From contig NW_019091403.1 in assembly GCF_001949145.1 (NCBI RefSeq), positions 1,612,001 to 1,674,000 of the forward strand: 62,000 nt of DNA, in the 5' to 3' direction. Numbering within the stretch: position 1 is the stretch's first letter; each line of letters opens with the position of its first letter. The position numbers and the translations under genes are program-made. Below the pieces are notes generated by a model. The model worked only from the letters and a program-made list of their open reading frames with translations. It was not told where the DNA came from and searched no databases. Origin of the DNA: Acanthaster planci (lineage: Eukaryota). This document shows, one piece after another, positions 19,358 through 31,689 of the stretch.

Positions 19358-20158
19358 AAATGTCATCATCGACCTTGGCGTCCAGCGATATCGTGCATGT
19401 CCCTACCTAAGTCTCCTTGTTCATACACGTGTGTTTCAGCTCCCCGTACTTAGGTGAAAACGAGATTGTAAAACTTTACAGAGATTTACCTACCTGCAGT
19501 CGAGGGGTTGCATGTTCCGTTGCTTTGACATAACAGTTGTTCTCAGCAAAAGTTGAGTAGAATACTAAAATGTTTCAGAGATTATTGGTTCCTCATAAAT
19601 CAAAATAGTTTCTGAAATATTTTTATTTGCTTTTATATCGGCTTTATCAAAAGACGACCATAAAATTTCAAAAAAGCTCATTTGCGTGCGTGACCGCCGC
19701 ATAGGATTGTTCTTTCTTTTTTATTTAATAGATTTTCGGAAGTGATGGGTCATTTTTGGCAGGATGTTTCTCTTTTAGGGCAGGTAATGTTTTAGTGTTT
19801 ATAAATTGATATAGTAGCAAATACTTTGCACAGCCCTTTTTCCAAGTTGGACTTTTTAAAGGAGCTGAAAGAAAAATATTACAAATTCTGAAATATGTGC
19901 ACGTTTACCTATCCTAGGGTTCTGGAAAGGCGCCATCAGAGGTCAACTTTCAGGCTCTGTTATGTGTATAGGCTAGGCTGGTCTTGTTTTACCCAACGGT
20001 TGTAGAAAGTGTTATTAATCTACCACTTTTTTACCCAGTGTTATGCTCTTTTTGCCCACCAGTCCAGCGACTCACCTAGTTTTCTTCCGTGTTGGGCAAA
20101 CGTAATGTCGGGAAAGGACCAATTAAGAAGATGGCATTAGCAAACCTTAAATTATTAA

Positions 20159-20804
20159 AGGAAAACCGCTGACCACCCCCCGGGCCCCCCCAAACCTGAA
20201 CAAGATTAACCGTGCACGTGAAGCCGCCATGCTGTTCGAACTTCGAAGTACAGAATACCAGGGCTATAAATATTTAATGAACCATTGGTCATTTGCATAC
20301 AACTGCTGCACCCCCAATTCCAGCACTGGATTCCCAAGACGTTAGTGAAAGTAAGTAAAAACTAGTTGTGCGAGGGCGCTCTTCAACAGATTTAAAATAA
20401 ATATCGATCACTGACGTCTCGGGCCAAGACCAATGGCGCCCATAACGTTATATATAAATATATATTCTTATGATTCTTATTCTTATAATTCTTATGATTT
20501 ACCTTACGAAAAATCACACCCGTTTTTGTCGTGGTTCGAGCGGACTGATATTGAAAAGGGAAATCACCAGCGCGTTTTGGTACCTTGCTTAATGGTACCC
20601 CGCTCATTACTGTACTTACTGTAAGGAAGTTGGTCGACGACCAGTTTTCCACGTGCTGATATGATCGCAACATCAGCGCGGTACTTGCACGAGCATTAGC
20701 ATGACAATGCCTACGCTCGAGAACGCGGGATTGTTTGAATGTGACTTCAGAGGAGGTGAGTTTAAAAGTGAGAAATGTTACTGATTTAGCGGGGTTCATT
20801 ACCT
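20159..20804. mobile_element. Possible Kolobok-like non-autonomous element (TTAA target, AGG...CCT ends)
   Basis: TTAA|AGGAAAACCGCT at the left, AGCGGGGTTCATTACCT at the right. The right TTAA is restored after removing the adjacent MITE. The TIR match is weak. Confidence 0.35.
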
Positions 20805-20807
20805 TTA

Positions 20808-21252
20808 GCACCCAGTATTATAAGGTAACAAATTCTACTTTTTCGAAATAACTTATCTAAACAAGTTGTTGATGATGCTCTCTTTCATATCAGAAAGAAA
20901 AGAGAACACGGCTTTTGGTTTTTGAGGGCAAATGGCAACGTACATGACCGCCCCGAAGGTAGCTGTGAACGACAAATAAAGGAATGTAGTCTGGTTCCTT
21001 TTTGAATGGAGATTTGTTTTGATGAATCCAAAATCTTAAGTCAGGTAACCGGACGAAAAACAAAATGGCGTGATTCGACTGATGATTGGTTGTCTTTTGC
21101 CAAACTCGGGTTAGAAATTTGAAGTTTTCTTGCTTAAATTTTGTCAAAATTTACCTAAACTAGGCCTAGTAGGGTTGAGTAATGGTTCCTTAAGGTCAGA
21201 ATGTTAGTTAGTTTGAGAAAGTGGACTTTGTTTCCTTATAGGAACAGGGTGC
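20808..21252. mobile_element. MITE with GCACCC...GGGTGC termini and TA flanks
   Basis: Imperfect TIR of about 45 bp (GCACCCAGTATTATAAGGTAACAAATTCTACTTTTTCGAAATAAC vs GTTAGTTTGAGAAAGTGGACTTTGTTTCCTTATAGGAACAGGGTGC). A second partial copy lies at 10027-10295. Confidence 0.75.
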
Positions 21253-21363
21253 TAATGGGAACCCGACTTTAATACCAACCAGTGAACTAGCCCAGGTGGA
21301 CTCCCTGACCGTACTTAGTCGTAATGAAATGAAGACAACGTCCAACCTGGGCTACCATTGAAC

Positions 21364-22001
21364 CAACAATTGAAAATGAATGGGAAACGACGCCCAGGAC
21401 GATAATGAGATTTACGTATGACAAACTTCATTAATGTGGGCTTCAATGTGGGTTATTTTGCCCTTGGCTTTGTTGATTTTACACTGCCTTTTGCTGCGGT
21501 AAACGTAAAGTGCACCCTCTATTTTAATTTAAAAATGGCGTACCCCACGAGTGTTAGGCTGGGATTTTAACAGGGTTCCTTTGGTTTCTGCTTTAGCAGT
21601 AGCAGTAATGGAGAGATGAGAAACACTCCTGTGGGACCATTTTCTGGATTGCTGCACATCTGAGATATCATATTTCTATTATATTTTCAACAATTGAAAA
21701 TGAATGGGAAACGACGCCCAGGACGATAATGAGATTTACGTATGACAAACTTCATTAATGTGGGCTTCAATGTGGGTTATTTTGCCCTTGGCTTTGTTGA
21801 TTTTACACTGCCTTTTGCTGCGGTAAACGTAAAGTGCACCCTTTATTTTAATTTAAAAATGGCGTACCCCACGAGTGTTAGGCTGGGATTTTAACAGGGT
21901 TCCTTTGGTTTCTGCTTTAGCAGTAGCAGTAATGGAGAGATGAGAAACACTCCTGTGAGACCATTTTCTGGATTGCTGCACATCTGAGATATCATATTTC
22001 T
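21364..22001. repeat. Near-perfect tandem duplication, 314-bp unit, period 324
   Basis: 21364-21677 and 21688-22001 differ at only two positions that I could see; 10-bp spacer. Confidence 0.92.
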
Positions 22002-22562
22002 GAAACTTTACTACCCAACAGGTATGCGGAAACAGTTCGTGTGATAATCTGTTAACAACCTGTTTAAAACGCCAATGGTAATGGTAGTAATAATAGGCCT
22101 AGGTGCCTATGTACAGTTTTGTAAATCTGAAACATGACTTTTGTCCAATAAATTTTTAAACCAATGAAAATCTTTGAAAAAGTTCCATACACGGACGCCA
22201 CTTGACACCATGTGCAGAAACCCTTGCAACTAGTCTGAAAAATTCTAAGTGTTTTCTCAGTAAATGACTTGGTATTTTCCCTTCCAAATTGATCTTTTCT
22301 GGACATATTTTTGCTTTCTGATGGCTATTAAGTCACCATAGGGAAGAATTAATGGCAGCTGTATATGGAAATTTTTCCAAAATATCCAGCCAGTGGAGCC
22401 GAGGTGACTAATTTTATAGTCGATGGGTAGTCTAAACAAACAGGAGAATAGTATGATTTGATGTAGTAAATTAAGAGGAAACATTAATTACTTTATACCC
22501 CACGAGATTTTGTCAGGAACCCAAAGTCTTTGAAAATAACTATCTACTTGTTTTCAGAATTA

Positions 22563-22828
22563 GGTACCATTTCAAAATTCTTATCGAGTCGGTGTCAGAC
22601 AGATCTGTCCAACTCATACATTTAAAATCGGTTGGCTATCAAGTGAAGTGTTCTCAAGTGGCCAATTCTAACCGATAAATGCCTCTACACTGGATTACTC
22701 CCAAGGCCATTTGGTTTCAGTAGAGCAACACCCCCCTCCATTATTCACTCAACACAAGTCACTGTTATTATTTATCGGTCGGATGGCCCTGTCCTAAAGT
22801 CATCCAATAGGAATTTTGAAATGATGCC
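22563..22828. mobile_element. PIF/Harbinger (Tourist-like) MITE
   Basis: TIR GGTACCATTTCAAAATTCTTATCG / CAATAGGAATTTTGAAATGATGCC with a TTA direct repeat on both sides (22560-22562, 22829-22831). Confidence 0.7.
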
Positions 22829-23334
22829 TTATATACATGTAAATACATGGCAAAAACTGTCATTTCCACATTTATTTCAGTGAAGCTGGTAAAAAATTGG
22901 GTAGAAAGTGGGCCTGTTTGAGTCAGTTTTGGTTGGAGATTTGCACTGATTGCCTGATGAAAATCTTTAAATTGGAAGTTGTGCTAATCATTTCTGAATA
23001 CATGTTGCTTAGTTTCAAAATTCTGCTGCGCCGAACTGATTTTGTTTGGGGTATTACAGTAAAATCTTTCTGTACTGAAAATACAAAGGGGAGAGGTCTA
23101 CTTTACAGCAAAACTGTCCTCTTTGTTTTTTCATCTATTTATGTGCAGTCTTTATGTTTGTCAGTCTATCATTCATCTGTCTGTTGTTCCGTTGTCTCTC
23201 CCCCCTTTCTCTCAGTCATTCTCTTTCAAATACGAAGGTTATTGGGCCAGTACTTACGAATTCTCAGTCAGCTTTCTCCATCTCTCCGATCCTTCACAGA
23301 CCTCTGAGAACTGGCAAACAAGCTCCTCTACTCA

Positions 23335-23575
23335 TTTGCATGTTTTTTAATGACTGTTATGTGCATTTATTTCAGCCAGAGCACAAGCCGCTGATGAGTT
23401 GTTACTTACAGGACGATCAGTTTCTTGGCATTTCTTGATGATGGCCGCTGTTGTTGAGGTGATTGTACTGTGATCTCTTGCTGTAGCCTTCTTGGTAACA
23501 TGTGAGTGATTCTTTGTTATTGGGATGATCCCAAAGGTATGATACACTGATTGAGTCTTCTGTGAACTCATTCCC
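23335..23575. repeat. Diverged local duplicate, copy 1 (paralog at 25236-25413)
   Basis: Shared blocks ATTTCAGCCAGAGCACAAGC, CAGTTTCTTG..ATTTCTTGATGATGG, GTTGAGGTGATTG and CTGTGAACTCATT. Confidence 0.75.
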
Positions 23576-23819
23576 TCATGTCCTGTAGACCTAGCACATT
23601 AACGCCTAGGACATGCAAGCAGCTCCATCGCTACCAACAGAATGAATACTCCCAACCTACACAGCTCTTTCCAACCAATTAGGTAGTGCTTATACTCAAG
23701 ACATATCATTTGGAGATGGCAGTGGAAGAGATTGTTTGGCTGAAAAAAACAGGTGGGATTTTAAATATAGCTCAAGATCAACACTCCTTGTTTTGTGAGC
23801 TTGCAACTGTCAATGGTTG

Positions 23820-24130
23820 AAAATGGATCTTAAGAAATGCAAAAAGTAGAGGGATTCAATTTGTTAGATCGCTGCTTACAGGCTTGAGGAAAAGGACTTT
23901 TTGTGAAGTGTATATAGGGTGTTTTGCAGAATAAAATATGCTTAGCCAAGCAACAATCCAAAAGACATGCAAAAATGACAACTAAGATGATGAGATTTTT
24001 ATATGAGAAACTCCAGTGATGTGTGCTTGACCTTTGTTGATTTGATGCTCCTTTCAATGATTCTTCAATTGTTGTAAAGTGCAACCTATATATTTTGAAA
24101 TTGTGGCCTCCATGTTCGTGTATTAATACA
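23820..24130 (+). mobile_element. Highly degraded non-LTR retrotransposon RT fragment (RTE-like)
   Basis: Frame-shifted traces DLKKC..RGI.LL, GLRKRTFCE..I and TFVDL...DS occur in the order of the RT motifs GDL..C.NWRGITLL, QxGFRxxRSC and FVDxxKAYDS. Confidence 0.4.
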
Positions 24131-25235
24131 GATTGGAATTCAAACACGGTTTGTTTAGTTTCCCTAGTTTCAGTAGCTTGATGGAGAGACAAGAGCAAGC
24201 TAGTCCCTGGAGGCTGTTCTCTGGAGTGTAACAAATCAGAGATATCACTGGTGACACTACGTCACAGGTATGGATTGGAAGCATTCTACATCAGTGATAT
24301 TAGTCCATGGTATAGACCTTTTTTCTGTGATGTCACGATCGTGCTGGACCTCTATGTGGTGTAATGGTAATGAGTGCATGGTGTTGTAATGGTAATCTGC
24401 CTACTCAAGATAATAGTCAAGCATGCAGCGTTCGCACGTGTGCTGGCACGTGCCCTTAGGAATGTATGCGGTCACTTTGACCAAGGCGGTCCACACTTAG
24501 TGTTGTTTACAGTTAGCACAATCCAGTCACGTGGGTGAAAAAAGCCTACTGGTAATAATGAAATGCCAAGTTGTTTTGTAGATCTTGACCTTGCGCTTTG
24601 TCTTATAAGCTTTTCATCTAATGAGAATCTCCGGCCTTTGGGGTTGGGTTGAATTTGACTACAAAAAATGGATGGAATTATTTGATGTAGTCGTGCAGTT
24701 TGCAGCAAAGTGGACAGAAACAAGACAGGACAATTTGCTCTTAAATTTGCATGCTGCTACCCCAAGAATGCAGTCTCGATCTCGATCTTTACAAAACCCG
24801 CTCAGTAATTCCGATGTACAGTACGTTGCTTGGTAATTCTGCGCATGCTGTGTCAGATCTTATACCATACAATTGGACAATGTTTCAAAAGTTGAGTTAA
24901 TGCGATTAGGATGCGATGTACAAACTGCCAGATTGAGGCTCTCCATGCCTATGGTGGCAGCATGAAGAGTGAATAACAGTTTCTTTTATGATGTCCTTGA
25001 CACAGTGTTTACCATACACACCAAGGATTCAACATTGGTTGGAAGGTATGATGTAAGCTTTCTTGCCCATAATTCTTTGATGTCAATTTCAGTCACATCT
25101 ATCTGGAACCCCATGCCTGGAAGGAGGTCATTGAGGAAGCTCTTAAAACTTAGTTCTCTCCACCTTTCTCATTCTCCACTAGCCCTCTGTGAATTAGTTA
25201 ATCCAGGCTAATGCAGTCATGTTGTATTATTGTCA

Positions 25236-25413
25236 TTGCATGTTTTTGATGACTGTTTTTTGTGTCCATTTCAGCCAGAGCACAAGCTGCTGGTGAGCCG
25301 CTGGTCATGGTACATCCAGTTTCTTGATATTTCTTGATGATGGAGTAATCTGTTCCTGTGCTTGATGTTGAGGTGATTGGTACTTTGATCTCTTGCTCCT
25401 GTGAACTCATTTC
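25236..25413. repeat. Diverged local duplicate, copy 2
   Basis: Same blocks as 23335-23575, in the same orientation, with indels. Confidence 0.75.
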
Positions 25414-26389
25414 ATACTTTGTTTTTTTTAAATACCGTATATATGGACCATGAACATAATGACGTCAAGCTATTATTTTGTACTTTGACTATTATTGCTT
25501 CCCATCTCACTGCCTTAGGAAATGCTGCTACATGCACATGTAAACTAAGCATGACGTCATTATGTTACAGGTCTCTTCACTTTCCCCAAAGTTGACAGGA
25601 ACGGAGGTCCTCCTTGAAGGATAAATTTGCACCTAAACCTGGGTGATGACATACATGTCTATGGGGAGTCATAATTTAAGACCACTGATAAATTTGGGAA
25701 TGGTTTCTACATAACATGTGATCCCTGCATAGCAATTGGGGATGACAGGTAAAACATGAATTATCAGAGAGTGTTGGCCCGACCCCCCTTGGTGTATGCG
25801 AAATCCTATTGAAATTGAAGGATTTTGGACTGTCTTAATTTTCTACTCAGTTTCTGGGGCTGTTAAAAGAGCCCAAGAAAGTAGAGGGGTTGTCAGTTGT
25901 AAAATGGCTGCTTCTAGGCTTGAGAAATATGACTTTTCAGGAGTTGTGTTTGCTGACCAACCGACAATTGAAGAGAGTAGAAACAAAGGCCAATAAGAAA
26001 ATTTGAGTTTTATATAAAGACATCCCAGCCATGTCTACTTGTATGTTATTCGGCCCTGATCTTTGTTGACTTGACTCTGTTTTCAATGTTGCCTAAAGTG
26101 TTATGGTGGCTCCTCAGTGAGTAGTCATTCAGGCTGTGATAGAAAAATAGTTTTTTGATTTTGTTAGTTGTAGCATTGATGAAGAGACAAGATCATACCC
26201 CTGGGAGACAGTTTTCTGGATTTTAACACATCACTGGCAACTGACAACACAACTCACTCGGTAAGCACTTTATATCATGTTCTGATTTTAGCCTTACACT
26301 GAAAGTCATGTTCCAGATTTGAAACAATAGCTGTACATAATTTTGTATACATGTACAGTTGTTACGGTAAAATCTGGAGCATGGCTTAT

Positions 26390-26550
26390 CAGGCTTCACT
26401 CTTGAGGACGACGAGAGCATGCTGGTTGAAACGTCAAGCACATACTCTACGGTTCTTGTCAGAACCATACCTCTTCCAAGAGAGATCTATTCACATGATG
26501 TAACCACAAGCCCTGTTTTTGTCACCACCATGTAAAGCTTCAAGTCTTAT
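26390..26550 (+). mobile_element. Penelope-like element-derived short tail with a degenerate type I hammerhead ribozyme motif
   Basis: ACTC-TTGAGGA-C-GACGAG(agcatg)CTGGTT-GAAACGTC at 26398-26435. Ends TCACCACCATGTAAAGCTTCAAGTCTTAT, which resembles PLE-derived repeat termini as I recall them; not database-checked. Confidence 0.55.
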
Positions 26551-28399
26551 CTAATGAACGTGAATATTTAGGGCAGTTATGCTTCCTACTTTGTATTTTG
26601 CATTTGTAAGTTGCTCTTGTAATTAGATGGTTTTGCAACAAAGTTGGCTCTATATAAGACCTAATCCTAGTTAAAATCAACTGATCTTGTTTTCATTTTG
26701 TTGTACATGTCCACTGAAGAATGTTTCATTCTGATATTCCCACATTTAAGAGAACTATACACAAATGAAGGAGAAAGCTTGTGTCAGTCATTACGTTTGC
26801 TAGTATAGGGTCGTCATGAGAGTCAGTATTGATTCAGCATTGTTACCAACTTTATTCGCAATAACGACCAAGAAGGTTGCGATAGAATTGTAAGCTAACT
26901 GTTGACTGAATTGGAGAATTGAAAAGCAGGCTAATACTGCATACTGGATACTGGATCTGGATACTGAATCCTGAGGAGCTGTACAATGATGATGCAGGAC
27001 TTATATACGGTCAGAAACAGGATGTAGTTGAAGTCACATAACTTAATAAGGGAAAGTCTTAGTCACATGTCTTCGCTGGATTCTTAGAACAATGATTGTG
27101 AATGAATAATTTCACCTTAAAACAAAGTCCTTGGTGGATGATAGTACAAGCTTAAATGAAGCATGCTGAAGTGTGCCACAGCCTCTGGGCTAACAAAGTC
27201 AAATAGGCCGAAACAATATACACTGTACAAGACACTATGTAGGTGTACTCTTACAAGGAAAACGCAGTGAGTAATGTGTCTAAGAAATGGCAAACAGGAT
27301 AAATACAGGATATTAAAAAGTTATCAAAGTTAAAAATGAAGATTATGAAAGCTAAATTCACTAAAAGAAATAAATGCAAATAATTCAAGTAATTGTGCAG
27401 AAAACGCTACACTAGTAATCTTGTCCCTCTTGTACTTGTTAGTCAATCTGTTTCAGTAGTTAGTTTGGTCTGTATATATGAGGATAGTCTTCAAATGGTC
27501 AAAACTTGTACCTTGTTTAATCGTAATGGGTACCATCCTTCGATTATTCTTATTATTTATTTGACCATCACAAGAACAAAGCAAAATTGAACAAAAAGTA
27601 TATAAAAAACAACAAAAGCACAAATACAAGTAAATATAAGCAGTAGCAGGGACCAGGGACGAAAATCTGAATACATTACAAGACATAAAACAGTTATGTG
27701 GGTCAGGGACTGCAAAAGTAAAATAAACTACTATTACCCGTGCTTATGCTGCCCCGTTTATAATGTTAACAAGACAAATTATACATAATAACAAAGAAAA
27801 CAACGGTCCCCACACAGGTGATAAAAATGACAGCCAAAAAAAAGAAAAAAAAGCTGCAGAGAATGTTTCATTTCCTTATTTCCAAACGTAAGAAAATTAT
27901 CCCGCAAAATGAAGGCCATGCTATAAAAAGAATTTTTCTTACTCGTTCTTTTTAATCATGTGAATTTACTCATTTAAACAACTATCCAGTTTTAATCAAG
28001 TCCTCTAAGCCCTCCTTTTGAGGTTATTTTATTGGCTTGTCGGTAATTTTGTCTTTTTGTCATTTATTATTCATGTGATGCCTTTAATCTTAAATCATGT
28101 CATCCTAATTAAGCATTTGTCTATGATTTTTTACGCCTGTACTCAGTACCACAAGCACAGCCAAGATTTGGACTCTAGCACTGTGCCTATCTGTTCTACT
28201 TGCTAGTCTTCTGCTGATGGTTGAACAGTGATATGCTCCATGCTGTGACATGTTCAACCTCTCACATCATTTTCTTATTTTGTCTGTCCTGGAATAGCAT
28301 GAGCAAATTCGGGGTGCAATTTCTGTTGTATAAGTGCATTGAGCCTTTTAAGGGCAATAAAAGTAACACCAGCATGATTTGATTTCCTCAACATAACAG

Positions 28400-29270
28400 A
28401 ACTGGTAATTTGCAACTGTTGCAGTGACCGTTTGTCTTGTGGTGGCAACAAAAGGTTTTGTTGAAAGGTTCCTATTTTGCATGGTTTTTCTGTACCATCT
28501 GGTGTACCTCAAGGAAGTGTCTATTGTCCAATCCACTTCAATTTATGTATGTCAACGACCTTCCTTATCATATCGTGTCAGCTAGCACTTTATTTGGTAA
28601 CAATGCTCTTGCATATATAGGCCAATATTATGTCAGTCTGATGACCTTCATCAACAAGATGTTCATGGCTTCCATAGATGTTGTCATGCTAATATGCATC
28701 TCAATAAATTACGAAGGAAACCAAAGTTATACGTATAGTATGGTTTAAGAAAATAGTGGATCCAAAGTATACTTTGGTTAACATGCAGTTTTGAAGTTGA
28801 GAATGAGTGCAAATATCTTCGTGTAATAATTTCAACTACTAAATTTCTTGGGAAAATCATGTTATGTCACTACCAAATCAACCAGACTCAGTATCTTGCT
28901 TTCATTTTGTCAGTTTATAGTGTTGACTGTTCTGGAATACCAGTAGCCTACCTTCACAACAGAAACCTTATATATTAACAAATTAGACCAAAATTCAACA
29001 TTGAGCAACCAAGATAGTTCTCTAGCAAAGAAGATTTGAAATGGAACAGTGATTGGTTGCATACGTACATTGAATTTGTCTTTATGAGAATCTAAATGCA
29101 TCCATATTTTGCTTACATTTGTTGTTAGAGGTCTCCGTGGAGTTTTTGACAGTGAAATAGTCTCAGTGAACAGTTCGAACATGTATATTGGAAACGATCA
29201 GGCTGGACAAACCTTACGGCTCAAATACAAAAACCTTCACATTTTGCCAATTGCATGCTTTAGGATGAAC
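28400..29270 (+). mobile_element. Degenerate CR1/L2-clade LINE reverse transcriptase fragment
   Basis: Across frames: QQKVLLKG...W.SVPSGVPQGSV, YVNDLP...STLFGNN (a decayed LFADD), KYLRVII and SWENHV. Many stops and frameshifts. Confidence 0.78.
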
Positions 29271-30153
29271 TACATGTACATGTACCTGAACGTATGAGAA
29301 CAAGTGGTTTAACTGACCCTTCAACACCGGATCAACTTAACCAAGTGCCCACTTGAATTTGAAAGTTTATGAAACTTTACAGAGTGCTGATTGAATTTGC
29401 AGTTGAGTACCTTTGTAATAAGTTCGTTGGGACTGGCAGGTTGTGGGAGGGGCATTGTTGTTTGGTGTAAGGGAGCACAACATTTGGGGATTTGATACCC
29501 AGGATTTGCCATGTGGACCAGATGTGTCGATGGTTTTCTTTTTGTTGTTCTTCAACTGTATTTTGTTATTTCGTGGTGTCCTTCTTTCATTTGGTTTTAC
29601 ACAATAAATTTCTTTCATTGTTTTGAAGGTACTTGTCATTGATTTATGTACTTGTTTCTGTAATTATTTTATTTTCATTACTGTAATGTATTTGTGTGTC
29701 ATATTTATCTTAGTTTTGCCGACTGAATGTACTTTTTCTGTTCGATTTATTTAGTTGTTATTTCTTGAATCATATTTTCCTTGTATAGTTACTTTATTGT
29801 GTATGTGTGGTCACGTTTATGTAAAAGCTGGAACTTCAGAAAGGAAGGCTCACGTCAAACTCTTTCCTCTCTGTGCATTTGTAACGTTTGTGTTCGTGAT
29901 TTCAGTGTATATGTGCTATGTGTTTTGTTTAATGTTCTGTTCTTTATCCTGGAAAATGCTGAATAAATGAAAGTGTTTCCCCCATTGTACACACGTTATT
30001 TCTCCCTGTCTCATTTGCTGCATTCCGATGTATTCCGCAACGAATTCCAGTATAAGTAAAGCTCAAAAAAGTTTTTTCAAGAAATCAATTCCTCAATAGT
30101 CCAAGACTCAAATCGCGCAGCTTTTAAAATTTTTTCTATTTTCTGAGACAATA

Positions 30154-31190
30154 ATACCTGCACCACTCCATAGATTACCGCCACTATGATGTATAAGCAT
30201 GGGAATGTAGGTACATACATCTCTCCATAGATTACCATCATTATAGGAACTCCAGTGTATAAACAGGAAATACAGATACATTCGTTACTCCATAGATTAC
30301 CATTATTGTGGGGTCCGGAATTTATAAGGACCAGAATAAAGATACCTGCACCACTCCATAGATAACCATCATTATAGGAACTCCAGTGTATAAACAGGAA
30401 ATACAGATAAATTCGTTACTCCATATATTACCGTCATTATGGGGTCCAAAATGTATAACGACCAGAATAAAGATACCTGCACCACTCCATAGATTACCGT
30501 CATTATAGGGACTTCAGTGTTTAAGCAAGGGAATATACACTGAACAGCAAAAGAAACTTGCCACTTTTTTCAAAGGCCACGCATAAAAATTCACTGCATA
30601 GAAATAAACAGATTGTGTACACAGGTATGCTGCAGTACGCCTAACTAATCACATGCCCCAAAGCAAGTGAATATCTTACAATTAAGAAAACTTGACATGA
30701 ACAGCAACTGACCTTCGATTATTGAATCAAAAGGCACACACAAAAGCACTCTCAACCAAGCAAAAATGACCTATGAATGGACAACATTTTAACAACCAAT
30801 GACAAGTGAACACCCGTTTCGTCAAAATGATGTGCATGAGTGGTTTCCGTATAGGGATGCCATCCTTACTGACTATGCATACACATTATTGAAAAGTAAT
30901 GATTGTGACTTCGTCCTGTGACATTGATAACTGCGTAAAACGTAAGTCTCATTCTGTTACATTCTAGTAAAGGGTACGGAAGCATATATGTACAAAGACT
31001 GTTTATTTCTATGGAGTGAATTTTTATGTGTGGCCTTTGACAGAAGTGGCAAGTTTCTTTTGCTGTCCAGTGTAGATACATAAATTACTAAACAGATTAC
31101 TGTCATTATGGGTCCCAAATTTATAAGGATGAGAATGAAGATACCTGCATCACTCCATATAGATTAACGTCATTATATGGTCCCAAAGTC
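30154..31190. repeat. 65/66-bp minisatellite with a 131-bp A/B dimer, interrupted by a MITE
   Basis: CTCCATAGATTACC-type core at 30166, 30223, 30288, 30354, 30419 and 30485 (spacing 57, 65, 66, 65, 66). Resumes after 31072. Confidence 0.88.
30538..31072. mobile_element. 535-bp Tc1/mariner-type non-autonomous element (MITE)
   Basis: TA|CACTGAACAGCAAAAGAAACTTGCCACTT... / ...AAGTGGCAAGTTTCTTTTGCTGTCCAGTG|TA. The TIR extends about 100 bp. The empty site matches the host repeat unit. Confidence 0.9.
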
Positions 31191-31489
31191 ATAATTGAAC
31201 TTTGGGAATAAGTCAAGCCAGGCTTGTTATTGTGTTCTTTTGATAGCCCTAAATGGCCGGGCCGCGCCGCAGCAGTCGCATTTTTTGTTGGGATACCCTT
31301 TTGAATTGTATTTATTTGACCAAATACTGACGAACAGGAAGTCATAGAGACAGCAATAATGCAATGCATAGTGCCTTATTACGCAACTTACAGTGGACTC
31401 AGAGTGACACAAGCTACCACTTCAGCGTGTACGCAATATGGATCACTCTTCAAAGGGTTAATAATTAAGTGAGGCCTGTGCAGCAAAAG

Positions 31490-31689
31490 AGGACCACTTT
31501 TTATTTGGGGTAGACTGTTTTTACGAGACATTTTACTGATGAAAATGTGCATCAGATGTTTCGAAAATTTTTTTTTGGGGGGGATGATGTTTTATTCCAA
31601 TGGGAACACCATCTAGGCATACAAAAGCAGCAAAGTGCTGGACCCCCGATTGCTTGGAAAAGAATTACAAGTGAAGAATAAGTGGTCCT
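31490..31689. mobile_element. Small MITE-like element abutting the satellite array
   Basis: 10-bp inverted termini AGGACCACTT / AAGTGGTCCT with internal G and C tracts. No clear TSD. Confidence 0.4.

Noticed and set aside
18569..19457. Arg-rich ORFs on both strands
   Set aside because: They are by-products of the CpG pentamer palindrome, which is stop-poor.
20392..23438. ORFs of 139 aa (20392..20811) and 136 aa (22897..23307)
   Set aside because: No recognisable domain or splice chain. They lie in repeat-derived or low-complexity DNA.
27555..27900. A-rich stretch resembling a reverse-oriented LINE 3' tail (a similar T-rich tract lies at 29530-29970)
   Set aside because: No attached RT motifs or second copy to support a call.
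30154..30537. CRISPR-like look of a conserved core repeated every 65-66 bp
   Set aside because: The intervening sequences are themselves repeated (A/B alternation) rather than unique spacers. There are no cas genes and the context is eukaryotic.
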